From positions 1-64,000 of the forward strand of contig JBHJHA010000010.1 in assembly GCA_050331235.1 (NCBI GenBank): a DNA stretch of 64,000 nt. Reading direction: 5' to 3'. Of the stretch, positions 1 to 8,864 are shown piece after piece. The position numbers and the translations under genes were made by a program. Positions within the stretch are counted from its first letter, which is position 1. Every line of letters begins with the position of its first letter. The DNA comes from Leptolyngbyaceae cyanobacterium (lineage in GTDB: Bacteria; Cyanobacteriota; Cyanobacteriia; Phormidesmidales; Phormidesmidaceae). Under the pieces are notes generated by a model. The model was not told the origin of the DNA. It ran no database searches and was given only the letters and a program-made list of their open reading frames with translations.

Positions 1-962
1 GTTGGGTGCCACACGGGGGTATAGGGGGGATCCACAGGGGCTTCGATGTGGTTGGCCGCAATATAGCGATCGATGGTGCCTTTGATGCTTTCAGCAACAG
101 CGTCGGCTTGGTCTAAATTCTCCGCCAGGGTCCCGTCAAAGGTCAGGGTTGCCCCTTGAACATCCGTTATTCGACCATAGAGCTGCATGCCTTCCAGAGC
201 GAAGTGACGCAGATCAATCTCCCGACCGCCTCCCCGTCCGGTGACATAGTGGTTGGTCTTGTGGCGCACCTTTTCTTTTTGGGGATGCTTGTCGATGGGG
301 ATGTTGTAATAGCCCATCTGCTCTAGCCAGTCCACCACATCCTTCCCTCGATAGCGACGGGGTGATCGCGGCGCGCCACCGACACACAGATGCACCTGCC
401 GCCCCGCGAGATGCAGATCTTCGGCAATCTGGCAGCCCGACTGCCCCGTACCGACAATCAGCACGTCACCGGGGGTCAACGCCTCCGGATTTTTGTATGC
501 CGAGGAATGAAGCTGGGCGATGGATGGCGGTAAACAGCTAGCAAAGTCAGGGATTTTGGGCGTGTGGTAGCCGCCGGTGGCGATCACGACTTGGCTCGCG
601 GTAAACTCCCCCGCTGAGGTGCTGAGATAAAACCGGTTGCGACCGTCGGGACGGATGCGATCTACTGTTACTCCCTCTTCAACCGGTAAGTCATAGGTGC
701 GGGCGTAGCGTTTGACGTAGGCTACAATTTCGTCCCGCACCATAAACCCATTGGGGTCATCGCCCTGATAGGGAAAATCTGGGAGCTGACACTGCCAGTT
801 GGGCGTCACGAGACAAAAAGAATCCCATCTTTGATGCTGCCACGCGTGGGCAATCTGATGTTTTTCCAGCACTACGTGGTCAATGCCGCGCTGTTTGAGG
901 CAGTAGCTGATGGACAAGCCCGCTTGCCCGCCGCCCACAATGATGACCGTGTAGTGCTGCAT
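1..962 (-). CDS. MSMEG_0569-family flavin-dependent oxidoreductase (Nit1C flavoprotein); 3' end runs off the window
   Basis: Not in the ORF track because it has no stop in the window. Manual translation from ATG 962 gives MQHYTVIIVGGGQAGLSISY...RWDSFCLVTPNWQCQLP, i.e. an FAD GxGxxG motif, plus a second VGTGQSG dinucleotide motif. Adjacent to the Nit1C genes. Confidence 0.88.
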   Translation of the reverse strand, partial: MQHYTVIIVGGGQAGLSISYCLKQRGIDHVVLEKHQIAHAWQHQRWDSFCLVTPNWQCQLPDFPYQGDDPNGFMVRDEIVAYVKRYARTYDLPVEEGVTVDRIRPDGRNRFYLSTSAGEFTASQVVIATGGYHTPKIPDFASCLPPSIAQLHSSAYKNPEALTPGDVLIVGTGQSGCQIAEDLHLAGRQVHLCVGGAPRSPRRYRGKDVVDWLEQMGYYNIPIDKHPQKEKVRHKTNHYVTGRGGGREIDLRHFALEGMQLYGRITDVQGATLTFDGTLAENLDQADAVAESIKGTIDRYIAANHIEAPVDPPYTPVWHP

Positions 963-1262
963 GGGTTGAAAAAATAAATACTGTTTCAAACGCTAAACGG
1001 TCTCTCAGCAAAACCCTGTAGCCCCAGGCACACAATGACAAAAGCTGTGACTAAGGGGAGTTCACCCTGAATGTGAACCACTGGCCCTATCTCCTCCGTA
1101 GTGTTAACGGCAAGGACGGTTGACGGTTCATCAGTTTGCCCCGACAGGGGGCAAGGAAGCGATCTCCCTCCTATCACTTTCGATAGGATTGTCGGGGTAA
1201 TTGAGTTCTCAACCTGCCCATCTCAGCTAAACCCTGTCAGTAAGTACAGACCTCAAGGTTTT

Positions 1263-1304
1263 GTTGTGGCTGATACAAGTCGAGGTGAGACGGCCCCGTA
1301 AGGT
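1263..1304 (+). promoter_or_regulatory. NtcA-activated class II promoter of the Nit1C operon
   Basis: GTT-gtggctga-TAC (GTN10AC) at 1263-1276, then exactly 22 nt, then TAAGGT (TAN3T -10 box) at 1299-1304. Confidence 0.7.
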
Positions 1305-1389
1305 ACACATCAACCCGAGCACGGCTAGGTTAACGCATGGGTCTGAGATTCCAGGCCGAGCTGTGCTGCTACTATTGAGGATTTTTTCC

Positions 1390-1872
1390 ATGCCTGAGGT
1401 TACTGCACCCGCCCACAAGGCTGGGGACTATTTTGTTGATTACGAAGAAAAGGTGTTTCCAGATGTTCAGGCTGAACCCGGCGAGAAGGCCTTAGTCACG
1501 TTTCATACGGTGGCCTTCGAAGGCTCCATCGGTCTAGTGAATTTGCTCCAAGCGACCCGTCTCATTCGTAAGGGCTTTGAGACCTCAGTGTTGCTTTACG
1601 GACCTGGTGTCACCCTTGGGGTGCAGCGAGGGTTTCCGAAGCTTGGGGACGAAGCCTTTCCTGGTCATATGGCAATGAACAATCAGTTGGTCAAAGTGAT
1701 GGAAGAAGGCGGTAAGGTTTATGCCTGTCGTTTTGCCTTGCAGGCGCTGTATGGCCACGGCGAGCCTTCGCTGATTCCCGGCATTACTCCCATCAACCCA
1801 TTGGATGTGTTGGATATCGTTTTGGTTCACCGTAAAGAGGGAGCCTTTATTCTCGACACCTGGACGATGTAG
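1390..1872 (+). CDS. MSMEG_0572/Sll0783-family DsrE-like nitrogen-starvation protein
   Basis: [26 protein letters not shown]...[13 protein letters not shown]. Start moved to ATG 1390, preceded by GAGG. Confidence 0.88.
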   Translation: MPEVTAPAHKAGDYFVDYEEKVFPDVQAEPGEKALVTFHTVAFEGSIGLVNLLQATRLIRKGFETSVLLYGPGVTLGVQRGFPKLGDEAFPGHMAMNNQLVKVMEEGGKVYACRFALQALYGHGEPSLIPGITPINPLDVLDIVLVHRKEGAFILDTWTM

Positions 1873-1980
1873 CGCAGTGGGTCAAGTCCTTGGCTAGAGG
1901 GGCCTGACTCCCTGACTTTCGTTCGATTGGTGATATTCCCTAGAGTTGAGTCGCTGCCGCAGCGCGGCTAGTTTTAACCT

Positions 1981-2988
1981 ATGAATCATGTGAAAACCGT
2001 TCGCGCTGCGGCAGTCCAAATCAGTCCGGTGCTGGACAGCTGTGATGGCACTACGGAGAAGGTGCTAACGGCGATCGCCGCTGCGGCCGAGCAGGACGTG
2101 GAGCTGATCGTCTTCCCCGAAACCCTAATTCCCTACTATCCCTACTTCTCCTTTGTGCTACCACCGGTACTGATGGGCAAGGCCCACATGGCCCTGTATG
2201 AGCAGGCGGTAGCGGTGCCCGGTCCCGTGGTGGACGCCGTGAGTCGGGCCGCTCGCTCCTATGAGATGGTGATTGTGCTGGGGGTGAATGAGCGAGACAA
2301 CGGCTCGCTCTACAACACTCAGCTCATCTTTGATACGGACGGCTCGCTGCTGCTCAAGCGGCGCAAAATTACCCCGACTTACCACGAACGGATGGTCTGG
2401 GGGCAGGGCGACGGCTCCGGTCTCGTCGTCGCCGAGACGCGGGTGGGTCGGGTTGGCGCCCTGGCCTGTTGGGAACATTACAACCCCCTGGCCCGCTTTG
2501 CGCTTATGGCCCAGCATGAGCAGATCCACTGCGGGCAATTTCCCGGTTCGATGGTGGGTCAGATTTTCAGCGATCAGATGGAAGTGACCATGCGCCATCA
2601 CGCGCTGGAGTCGGGCTGTTTTGTGGTTAATGCCACAGGCTGGCTAACAACCGAGCAAAAGCAGCAGATTACCGCCGATGACAAGTTGCATGGGGTACTG
2701 AGTGGTGGCTGCTATACCGCCATCATTAGCCCCGAAGGGGTGCCGTTGACTGACCCCATGATCGAAGGGGAGGGCATGGCGATCGCCGATTTAGATTTTT
2801 CACTCATTACCAAACGCAAACGCATGATGGACTCGGTGGGGCATTATGCCCGTCCCGACCTGTTGAAGATGCGCGTCAACGGTGAGGTTTGGTCGGTGCT
2901 CGACCCGCCTACCTCAGCGTCTCCCGTCGCCAGCCCTCCCGAGCCGCTGACCTCAACTGAATCGTCTGACTCTGAACTCCCTGTTTAA
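1981..2988 (+). CDS. Nit6803-family nitrilase (Nit1C)
   Basis: Catalytic E-K-C motifs [15 protein letters not shown] and LACWEH; C-terminal GHYARPD. Confidence 0.95.
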   Translation: MNHVKTVRAAAVQISPVLDSCDGTTEKVLTAIAAAAEQDVELIVFPETLIPYYPYFSFVLPPVLMGKAHMALYEQAVAVPGPVVDAVSRAARSYEMVIVLGVNERDNGSLYNTQLIFDTDGSLLLKRRKITPTYHERMVWGQGDGSGLVVAETRVGRVGALACWEHYNPLARFALMAQHEQIHCGQFPGSMVGQIFSDQMEVTMRHHALESGCFVVNATGWLTTEQKQQITADDKLHGVLSGGCYTAIISPEGVPLTDPMIEGEGMAIADLDFSLITKRKRMMDSVGHYARPDLLKMRVNGEVWSVLDPPTSASPVASPPEPLTSTESSDSELPV

Positions 2989-3005
2989 CTTTCTTTTTTG
3001 CCGTC

Positions 3006-4094
3006 ATGAAAAAGCAGCAACTGATCACCGAGCTTCAAACCACAGGCCTACGACTGATGGAGCAGTCGGTGGGTGCTCAAGGTCGACAGGGCGGAGCGGG
3101 GCCCTCTGATCACAAAGCGGTAACGGTGAATGGTACGACCGTCATGGTCCCCATCTATACAAGTACGGCCAGCGCCTCACCCTATGCAGCGGCGGTGCAG
3201 CCGGGGCAGCAGCGGGCGACACTGACCCACGCTGAGTCGGCGATCGCCGAGATTGAGTTTCCTCACCAGCCTAAGTTTTATAGCCTTCAGACTACCGACG
3301 GCATTCCCTATTGGAAAATTGCCCTGCTGCACAGCAACGACGTATTAGCAACAACCGTGCAGCAAACCTGTATGCGCTATCGCGACGAGGCCACCGCCTG
3401 CCAATTTTGCGCCATTGAGCGATCGCTGGCGCAAGAGCGGACCATCGCTCGCAAATCCCCAGAGCAGCTCGCCGAAGTCGCCGAGGCCGCCGTGCGGTTA
3501 GACGGGGTCAAGCATTTGGTCATGACCACAGGCACCCCCCATACTTCGGATCGCGGAGCAGCCTATCTGGCGGAGTGTGCCCGTGCGGTTAAAGCGCGAG
3601 TCGATCTACCCATTCAGGCCCAGTGTGAACCGCCGGCTGATTTTGCTTGGTTTGATCGGCTCAAGCAAGCTGGCGTCGATAGCTTAGGCATGCACCTAGA
3701 GGCCGCCGACCCCACAGTCCGCGCTCGCATCATGCCCGGCAAAGCAGAGGTGCCGCTGTCTGTTTATTACGACGCCTTTGCGGCCGCGGTCGCTGTCTTT
3801 GGTTGGGGGCAGGTGAGCACCTATCTGCTAGCAGGCTTGGGGGATTCGTTAGAAACGCTAACGGCGGTTTCCGAGCGGTTGATTAATTTGGGCGTTTATC
3901 CGTTTGTGGTGCCCTTTGTACCGATCTCCGATACGCCCCTAGCGCACCATCCCGCCCCCAGCACCGACTTCATGATGGCGGTTTATCAGCGCGTTGGTCG
4001 CCTGCTCAAGCAGGGGGGCATGACCGCTGACACCATCAAGGCCGGCTGCGCCAAATGCGGGGCCTGCTCGGCCCTCTCTACCTTTGAAAAGTAG
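3006..4094 (+). CDS. MSMEG_0568-family radical SAM protein
   Basis: GGAGPSDHKA motif, non-canonical Cx9Cx2C (CMRYRDEATACQFC), C-terminal CAKCGAC; cluster context. Confidence 0.9.
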   Translation: MKKQQLITELQTTGLRLMEQSVGAQGRQGGAGPSDHKAVTVNGTTVMVPIYTSTASASPYAAAVQPGQQRATLTHAESAIAEIEFPHQPKFYSLQTTDGIPYWKIALLHSNDVLATTVQQTCMRYRDEATACQFCAIERSLAQERTIARKSPEQLAEVAEAAVRLDGVKHLVMTTGTPHTSDRGAAYLAECARAVKARVDLPIQAQCEPPADFAWFDRLKQAGVDSLGMHLEAADPTVRARIMPGKAEVPLSVYYDAFAAAVAVFGWGQVSTYLLAGLGDSLETLTAVSERLINLGVYPFVVPFVPISDTPLAHHPAPSTDFMMAVYQRVGRLLKQGGMTADTIKAGCAKCGACSALSTFEK

Positions 4095-4160
4095 TACTCA
4101 GCTGAGATTGAGGAGGCGCTAGCGATCACCCGTTAGCCGTGCTGTGTTTTAGGAGGAATT

Positions 4161-4679
4161 GTGATGTCTTTACCTCGATATACTTTTGAGCTTGCCCAAG
4201 CTCCCCACGATGTCAGGGCCTATTTTCGTCTGCGTCGAGAGATTTTCTGTGAAGAGCAGGGGCTGTTTGCGGAAGACGATATTGACGCCACGGATGACGT
4301 GGCCTATTCCATCATTGCAGTCGAGCATCATGTCTTGGCCGGTCGTCAGGTGGTGGGCATTGTGCGGATTTACGAAACTGAGGAGCGGCTTTGGTATGGC
4401 GGACGGCTCGGGGTCAAGCCAAACTATCGCCGGGTTGGCAGCATTGGCAAGGGTCTGATTCAAAAAGCCGTGACTACGGCCAACGCCTGGGGCTGCGATC
4501 GCTTTCTTGCTACGGTGCAGTTACAAAATGTGCGTTTTTTTCGGCGGCTGCACTGGGCATCTCTGCAAGAGTTAGAAATTTGCGATCGCCCCCACCATTT
4601 AATGGAGGCCGACCTCGCCTTTTATCCGCCGAGTCAAGAGCCTCGCCCAGCGCAAGTCGGGCTGCTCCAAGCTTGTTAG
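4161..4679 (+). CDS. MSMEG_0567/Sll0786-family GNAT N-acetyltransferase
   Basis: LRREIFCEEQGLF, WYGGRLGV...GSIGKGLI, FLATVQLQNVRFF; AGGAGG RBS. Confidence 0.9.
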   Translation: MMSLPRYTFELAQAPHDVRAYFRLRREIFCEEQGLFAEDDIDATDDVAYSIIAVEHHVLAGRQVVGIVRIYETEERLWYGGRLGVKPNYRRVGSIGKGLIQKAVTTANAWGCDRFLATVQLQNVRFFRRLHWASLQELEICDRPHHLMEADLAFYPPSQEPRPAQVGLLQAC

Positions 4680-4722
4680 CGTTTGTTCCCGTACCTGTTG
4701 TATCCCTCTAGCCTGTACCGCC

Positions 4723-5700
4723 GTGTTGACCGATCTTGCTGAGCAGCTGCGCCAAACCTTAGGCATCCGATACAAGCAGGACATTCAAACGGCTGCCCAC
4801 AAGCTAGGACAGTACGTATCGGCTGGAGAAAATCAGGCACCAATTTTGCTGGGGGACGACTGTGCCGCCATTCCCCGGGGCGATCGCTACCTGCTGCTAG
4901 CCGCCGAGGGGTTGTGGCCTCAACTCGTTCAGGCAGAGCCGTGGTTTGCCGGATGGAGTGCTCTGCTGGTGAACGTCAGCGATATTTACGCCATGGGGGG
5001 ACGGCCGATCGCCGTGGTAGATGCCCTGTGGAGCCCTACGGCGGCGGCGACTCACCCCCTGTGGGAAGGCATGTTGGCGGCTTCCCGCGCGTTTAACGTG
5101 CCCATCGTTGGCGGCCATACCAATTGCCAGAGCCCCTATGCGGCACTGTCAGTGGCGATTTTAGGTGAAGCCAATTGCCTATTAACTAGCTTTGATGCAC
5201 AGGTGGGCGATCGCTTGGTTCTAGTTGCGGACTTTGAGGGGCAGCCCTACCGCGACTATCCCTTTTGGGATGCCGCCACCGCTAAAGCGCCAGCCGACCT
5301 CCAAATTAATTTATCACTGCTGCCTCAAATCGCAGAGTCGGGTCTGTGCGATACTGCCAAAGACATCAGCATGGGGGGCTTGGTCGGCACCACCCTGATG
5401 CTAATGGAGACCTCCCGGTGCGGGGCGATTTTGCAGGTGGACCAGATTCCCTGTCCAGCGGGGCTATCGCTCCAGCGGTGGCTCACCAGTTTCCCCAGCT
5501 ATGGGTTTTTGCTCAGCGTGCGCCCCGAAAGGGTCTCCGCTATCCAGGCAATCTTTCAGGCGCGAGGGCTAGTATGTGCCGCGATCGGAGAGGTGGTGGC
5601 CCCCCTGACCTTGACCCTCAAAACGGCCGCCGAAACCGTGTATTTTTGGGATCTGCAACAGGCACCGTTAACCGGGTTTGCCCCTGTAGGCGCTAGCTAG
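4723..5700 (+). CDS. Sll0787-family AIR-synthase-like (PurM/ThiL/HypE/SelD fold) protein
   Basis: GDDCAA, VNVSDIYAMGG, IVGGHTN and KDISMGG motifs. Confidence 0.9.
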   Translation: MLTDLAEQLRQTLGIRYKQDIQTAAHKLGQYVSAGENQAPILLGDDCAAIPRGDRYLLLAAEGLWPQLVQAEPWFAGWSALLVNVSDIYAMGGRPIAVVDALWSPTAAATHPLWEGMLAASRAFNVPIVGGHTNCQSPYAALSVAILGEANCLLTSFDAQVGDRLVLVADFEGQPYRDYPFWDAATAKAPADLQINLSLLPQIAESGLCDTAKDISMGGLVGTTLMLMETSRCGAILQVDQIPCPAGLSLQRWLTSFPSYGFLLSVRPERVSAIQAIFQARGLVCAAIGEVVAPLTLTLKTAAETVYFWDLQQAPLTGFAPVGAS

Positions 5701-6903
5701 ATGGTGCATGCCGCGATGAAAATTGCTCTCCTCACCTATTCCATTAAGCCGCGAGGCAGCGTGATGCATACCCTTGCCCTGGCGGCGGCACTGACGGAGC
5801 GGGGACACACGGTTTGGGTATTTGCCCTAGATAAAGATGGTTCAGGATTTGAGCAAACGCTACCCTTTATGGTGCAGCTTGTCCCAGCCCAACCGGCACC
5901 TGGGGACATTGATCAGCTCATTCAGCAGCGCATCCGTGAGTTTGTTGACGGCTTTCAGGCGGGGGTGCCGGCGTTTGACATTTATCACGCGCAAGACTGT
6001 ATTGGTGCTAATGCCCTCTTGATGCTGCGAGAGGCTGGCGTCATTCCCCACTTTGTCCGCACGGTCCACCATGTCGAAGCGTTTCACAGTCCCTACCTGC
6101 GCGCCTGTCAAGACAGGTCAATCTATCAGCCTGATTTGTGCCTCTGCGTCAGCGATCGCTGGCAGCAGGTATTGGCCCGAGATTACGGCATCCAGGCAGC
6201 CCGCGTCATAAATGGTATTGACGTTCAGCGATTTTCGCCTGTGCCCAGTGGACAAGAGACCGCGCTTAAAGCGCGCTATGGGCTGACAGGAAACCCGATT
6301 TACCTGACTATTGGCGGCATCGAACCCCGTAAAAACTCCATCGGTCTGCTCCAGGCCTTTGCGCAAGTACTGGCAAAGGTGCCCCAGGCACAGCTGGTCA
6401 TTGCCGGGGGGGCTACGCTGTTTGACTATCAGCCTTACCGAGCCCAGTTTTTCGCTGCGGCAGCGGCCCGCCAAATTGATCTCCACCGCGCGGTGGTCTT
6501 GCCTGGGGTAGTTGCCGCCGCTGATTTGCCAGTGCTGTATCGGTGTGCCGACGTATTTTGTTTTCCCTCATTGCAAGAAGGCTGGGGCCTGGTGGTCATG
6601 GAGGCGATCGCCTCCGGTTTGCCCGTCGTGGTTTCCCAGCAGCCGCCGTTTACAGAATTTTTAGCCCCTAATCAAGCCCTTTGGGCTGACCCTCAGAGCG
6701 CGACGAGTATCGCTAAAGCCATGCTGGCAGGCTGTCACTCGGACATGACTCAGATGGTGCAGCGGAGCCAAGCAGTATTATCGGATTATCACTGGTCGCG
6801 TTCCGCCGCTCTCCATGAGGGGCATTATCAAGCGCTGGTGCAGCAGCTTGCTCCTACCGGTACGAAGGGCCACGCACTACACGGTTTGCGGGGCGATGCT
6901 TGA
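5701..6903 (+). CDS. MSMEG_0565-family GT4 glycosyltransferase
   Basis: KPRGSVMH, HAQDCI, GGIEPRKN and EGWGLVVMEA (Ex7E). True start may be ATG 5716. Confidence 0.9.
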   Translation: MVHAAMKIALLTYSIKPRGSVMHTLALAAALTERGHTVWVFALDKDGSGFEQTLPFMVQLVPAQPAPGDIDQLIQQRIREFVDGFQAGVPAFDIYHAQDCIGANALLMLREAGVIPHFVRTVHHVEAFHSPYLRACQDRSIYQPDLCLCVSDRWQQVLARDYGIQAARVINGIDVQRFSPVPSGQETALKARYGLTGNPIYLTIGGIEPRKNSIGLLQAFAQVLAKVPQAQLVIAGGATLFDYQPYRAQFFAAAAARQIDLHRAVVLPGVVAAADLPVLYRCADVFCFPSLQEGWGLVVMEAIASGLPVVVSQQPPFTEFLAPNQALWADPQSATSIAKAMLAGCHSDMTQMVQRSQAVLSDYHWSRSAALHEGHYQALVQQLAPTGTKGHALHGLRGDA

Positions 6904-6946
6904 TTCTTCCGTCTGCACTTTGTTCCCGTTCACTGCATAAACCACC

Positions 6947-7240
6947 ATGCCAGAAATCAAATTTCAAATTAGATGGCCCGACGGCTCGCAACAAACCTGC
7001 TACTCGCCTTCGCTGGTAGTCAAAAAATACTTAGACCCGGGTACTCACTATGCCCTCGACGACTTCTTGGCCCGCTCCCGGGAAGCGCTGAAAATTGCCA
7101 GCGATCGCGTTCAACAGAAATATGGTTTTCCCTGCGGTCGTGCCCTCGGTCAGCTCCAGGAACTTGAAACGCGCACGGCTCAATTCACAGATTTAGCAGC
7201 TCCCCAGGTCGAATTTATTCAGTTTATTGAGGACTGGTAA
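6947..7240 (+). CDS. MSMEG_0570-family small protein
   Basis: MPEIKFQIRWPDG...CYSPSLVV...ASDRVQQKYGFPC. Confidence 0.88.
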   Translation: MPEIKFQIRWPDGSQQTCYSPSLVVKKYLDPGTHYALDDFLARSREALKIASDRVQQKYGFPCGRALGQLQELETRTAQFTDLAAPQVEFIQFIEDW

Positions 7241-7372
7241 AAGGGCACTCTCGAAAAGTTCCAAAAGCTTGATGGCACCGAAAGTTCTATTAACAAGACC
7301 TGTGAGCCGCCCTGCCGTCAGATTCCATCGGCGTGGGATCAGCGTGTCTAGCCTTGCCTCTTGCGGCATTAT

Positions 7373-8419
7373 TTAGCCAATAGCGTCATCAAATTCAGTC
7401 AAATCTTTCTCTGGCACCCCTTCGCCGGCAAAGAGTTCTGCCGTCCGCTGATGCGCTTTTTCTCGAGCTTGGGGGGTGATATTCGTAGCGATGGTAGCGG
7501 CGACCGTCGTCAATGCGGTGAAATCATCCGTAAATCCGACCGCTGGCAAGATATCTGGCAGCATGTCAACCGGCAATATCCAGTAGGTCAGGGCACCAAC
7601 GATTTTGAGCTTAGCGGTTGTGGGGGTTTCGGCATCGTGGAGCGCATACCACAGCACAAAGGCTTGCTCCACCAAGCCCTGACCTGCTTGAATGCCAAAG
7701 GCTTTCATCTTGTCTAAAAATCGGCGATCGCTATATTTAATATCATCAGTCGCCGCTGAATCGTCAGCACGGGCCAGCGCTTGGATCGGAATGCCAACCC
7801 GCTGCATCCGTTCGCTGGCTGCTTTGACCTGACTAACAGCGGCTGGACTCTGCTCCTCCCGGGCGATCGCCAGCGCTTGAATATAGTTGTGAACCGTTTC
7901 CACCTGAACATCATTGATTTGGAGGACATCCTGGGCAGTTATGAGGGCCTGTTCTTCCTCCGGGGTCATGATCCCGTTAATCCGAATCAGGTTGAGAATG
8001 CAAAAAATCAGCCCAAATTTCAGTTCCTGATCGGCATCTGCCAGCTTCGCCAAGGACTCTACCAGGGGCGGCGGCTCGTAGGAATACGACTGCAATTCCG
8101 CTTTTTCTGACTCAGAGAGGTTTTCGGCCTCTGGGCTAGCAAATACAAACTTCAGTTCTGCCTCGTCGAGCTGGTTATCAATGGCCGCGATCGCAAAAAG
8201 GACTGCCAAAAAAGCCAGGGTGTCCTCGTTGGAGAAGGGCAACCAGTCTTGCACACTTTCGACTAGACCGGAGGTAGTTTGGCGCAGATTCTGACTGACA
8301 TTCGCCGCAGCGGTGCCAACGGATTGGCCGATGCTAGCAGTCGTTTTGGCGATATTTTGACCTAGGCTACTCGCCCGCTGAGTGGTGGTTTTGATCGCTG
8401 AGCTGAACCAATTTGCCAT
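7373..8419 (-). CDS. TerB-like + YkvA/DUF1232 domain fusion protein
   Basis: Central AIAAIDNQLDEAE...TPEEEQAL (TerB-like); C-terminal GALTYWILPVDMLPDILPAVGFTDD (DUF1232). Confidence 0.7.
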   Translation of the reverse strand: MANWFSSAIKTTTQRASSLGQNIAKTTASIGQSVGTAAANVSQNLRQTTSGLVESVQDWLPFSNEDTLAFLAVLFAIAAIDNQLDEAELKFVFASPEAENLSESEKAELQSYSYEPPPLVESLAKLADADQELKFGLIFCILNLIRINGIMTPEEEQALITAQDVLQINDVQVETVHNYIQALAIAREEQSPAAVSQVKAASERMQRVGIPIQALARADDSAATDDIKYSDRRFLDKMKAFGIQAGQGLVEQAFVLWYALHDAETPTTAKLKIVGALTYWILPVDMLPDILPAVGFTDDFTALTTVAATIATNITPQAREKAHQRTAELFAGEGVPEKDLTEFDDAIG

Positions 8420-8553
8420 GACCCTCAATCCCTAAACTGAAGCCTCATCGAGGCGGCCTTTTTAGGAATACCATTCTTGATACCCAGCGACATCTTTCTA
8501 TGTAGTGATGACGGTCAAGAATCGATCCAGTCAGATGATAGTTAGAACCGTCT

Positions 8554-8669
8554 TATACTATTTCTGCAAATCACGACGACATACAAATTCTTCAAAGCCC
8601 CTTTTTCAAGGGGACAGCGACAGCGGGGGATCTTCAAATCTGTAGCGCTATTACAGAGAATTTGGTGTA
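8554..8669. repeat. MITE-like dispersed repeat, copy A
   Basis: TATACTATTTCT...AGAATTTGGTGTA ends with a central CCCCTTTTTCAAGGGG hairpin. Aligns with 19231-19345 and, inverted, with 45981-46070. Confidence 0.75.
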
Positions 8670-8864
8670 CACCTCGAACCCTAGACTTTTGCCCCGCTGC
8701 TACGGGAGCCTAGCCGTAGGGCCGGGCGCGTTCCTTTGCAATCGACTAATCCCGCCGAGAGTTAGAATCCGGCTCGGGTATCGATGGGGCAAGTCTACGC
8801 TGGTTTAATGACCAGCTCGATTGCCCGAAGTCATTCAGTTTGGGCAGATGGCCTAAATTGCGAC

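Noticed and set aside
1100..1145. c-di-GMP-I riboswitch (GGCAAAC on the minus strand)
   Set aside because: The GAAA loop and the following GACGCAAAGC and second hairpin are absent.
1120..1190. Hammerhead ribozyme on the minus strand (cGAAA...stem...stem...CTGATGA)
   Set aside because: Stems III and I can be drawn, but extra bases sit at the cleavage site, the 1.1-2.1 and 10.1-11.1 pairs mismatch, and no stem II forms.
1261..1389. N-terminal extension of the 203-aa ORF
   Set aside because: It overlaps the predicted NtcA promoter; the family sequence begins at ATG 1390 with an RBS.
8725..8740. Glutamine (glnA) riboswitch 3' signature AAGGAACGCGCC on the minus strand
   Set aside because: No upstream CGTTC partner strand or GGAAGTA E-loop motif.
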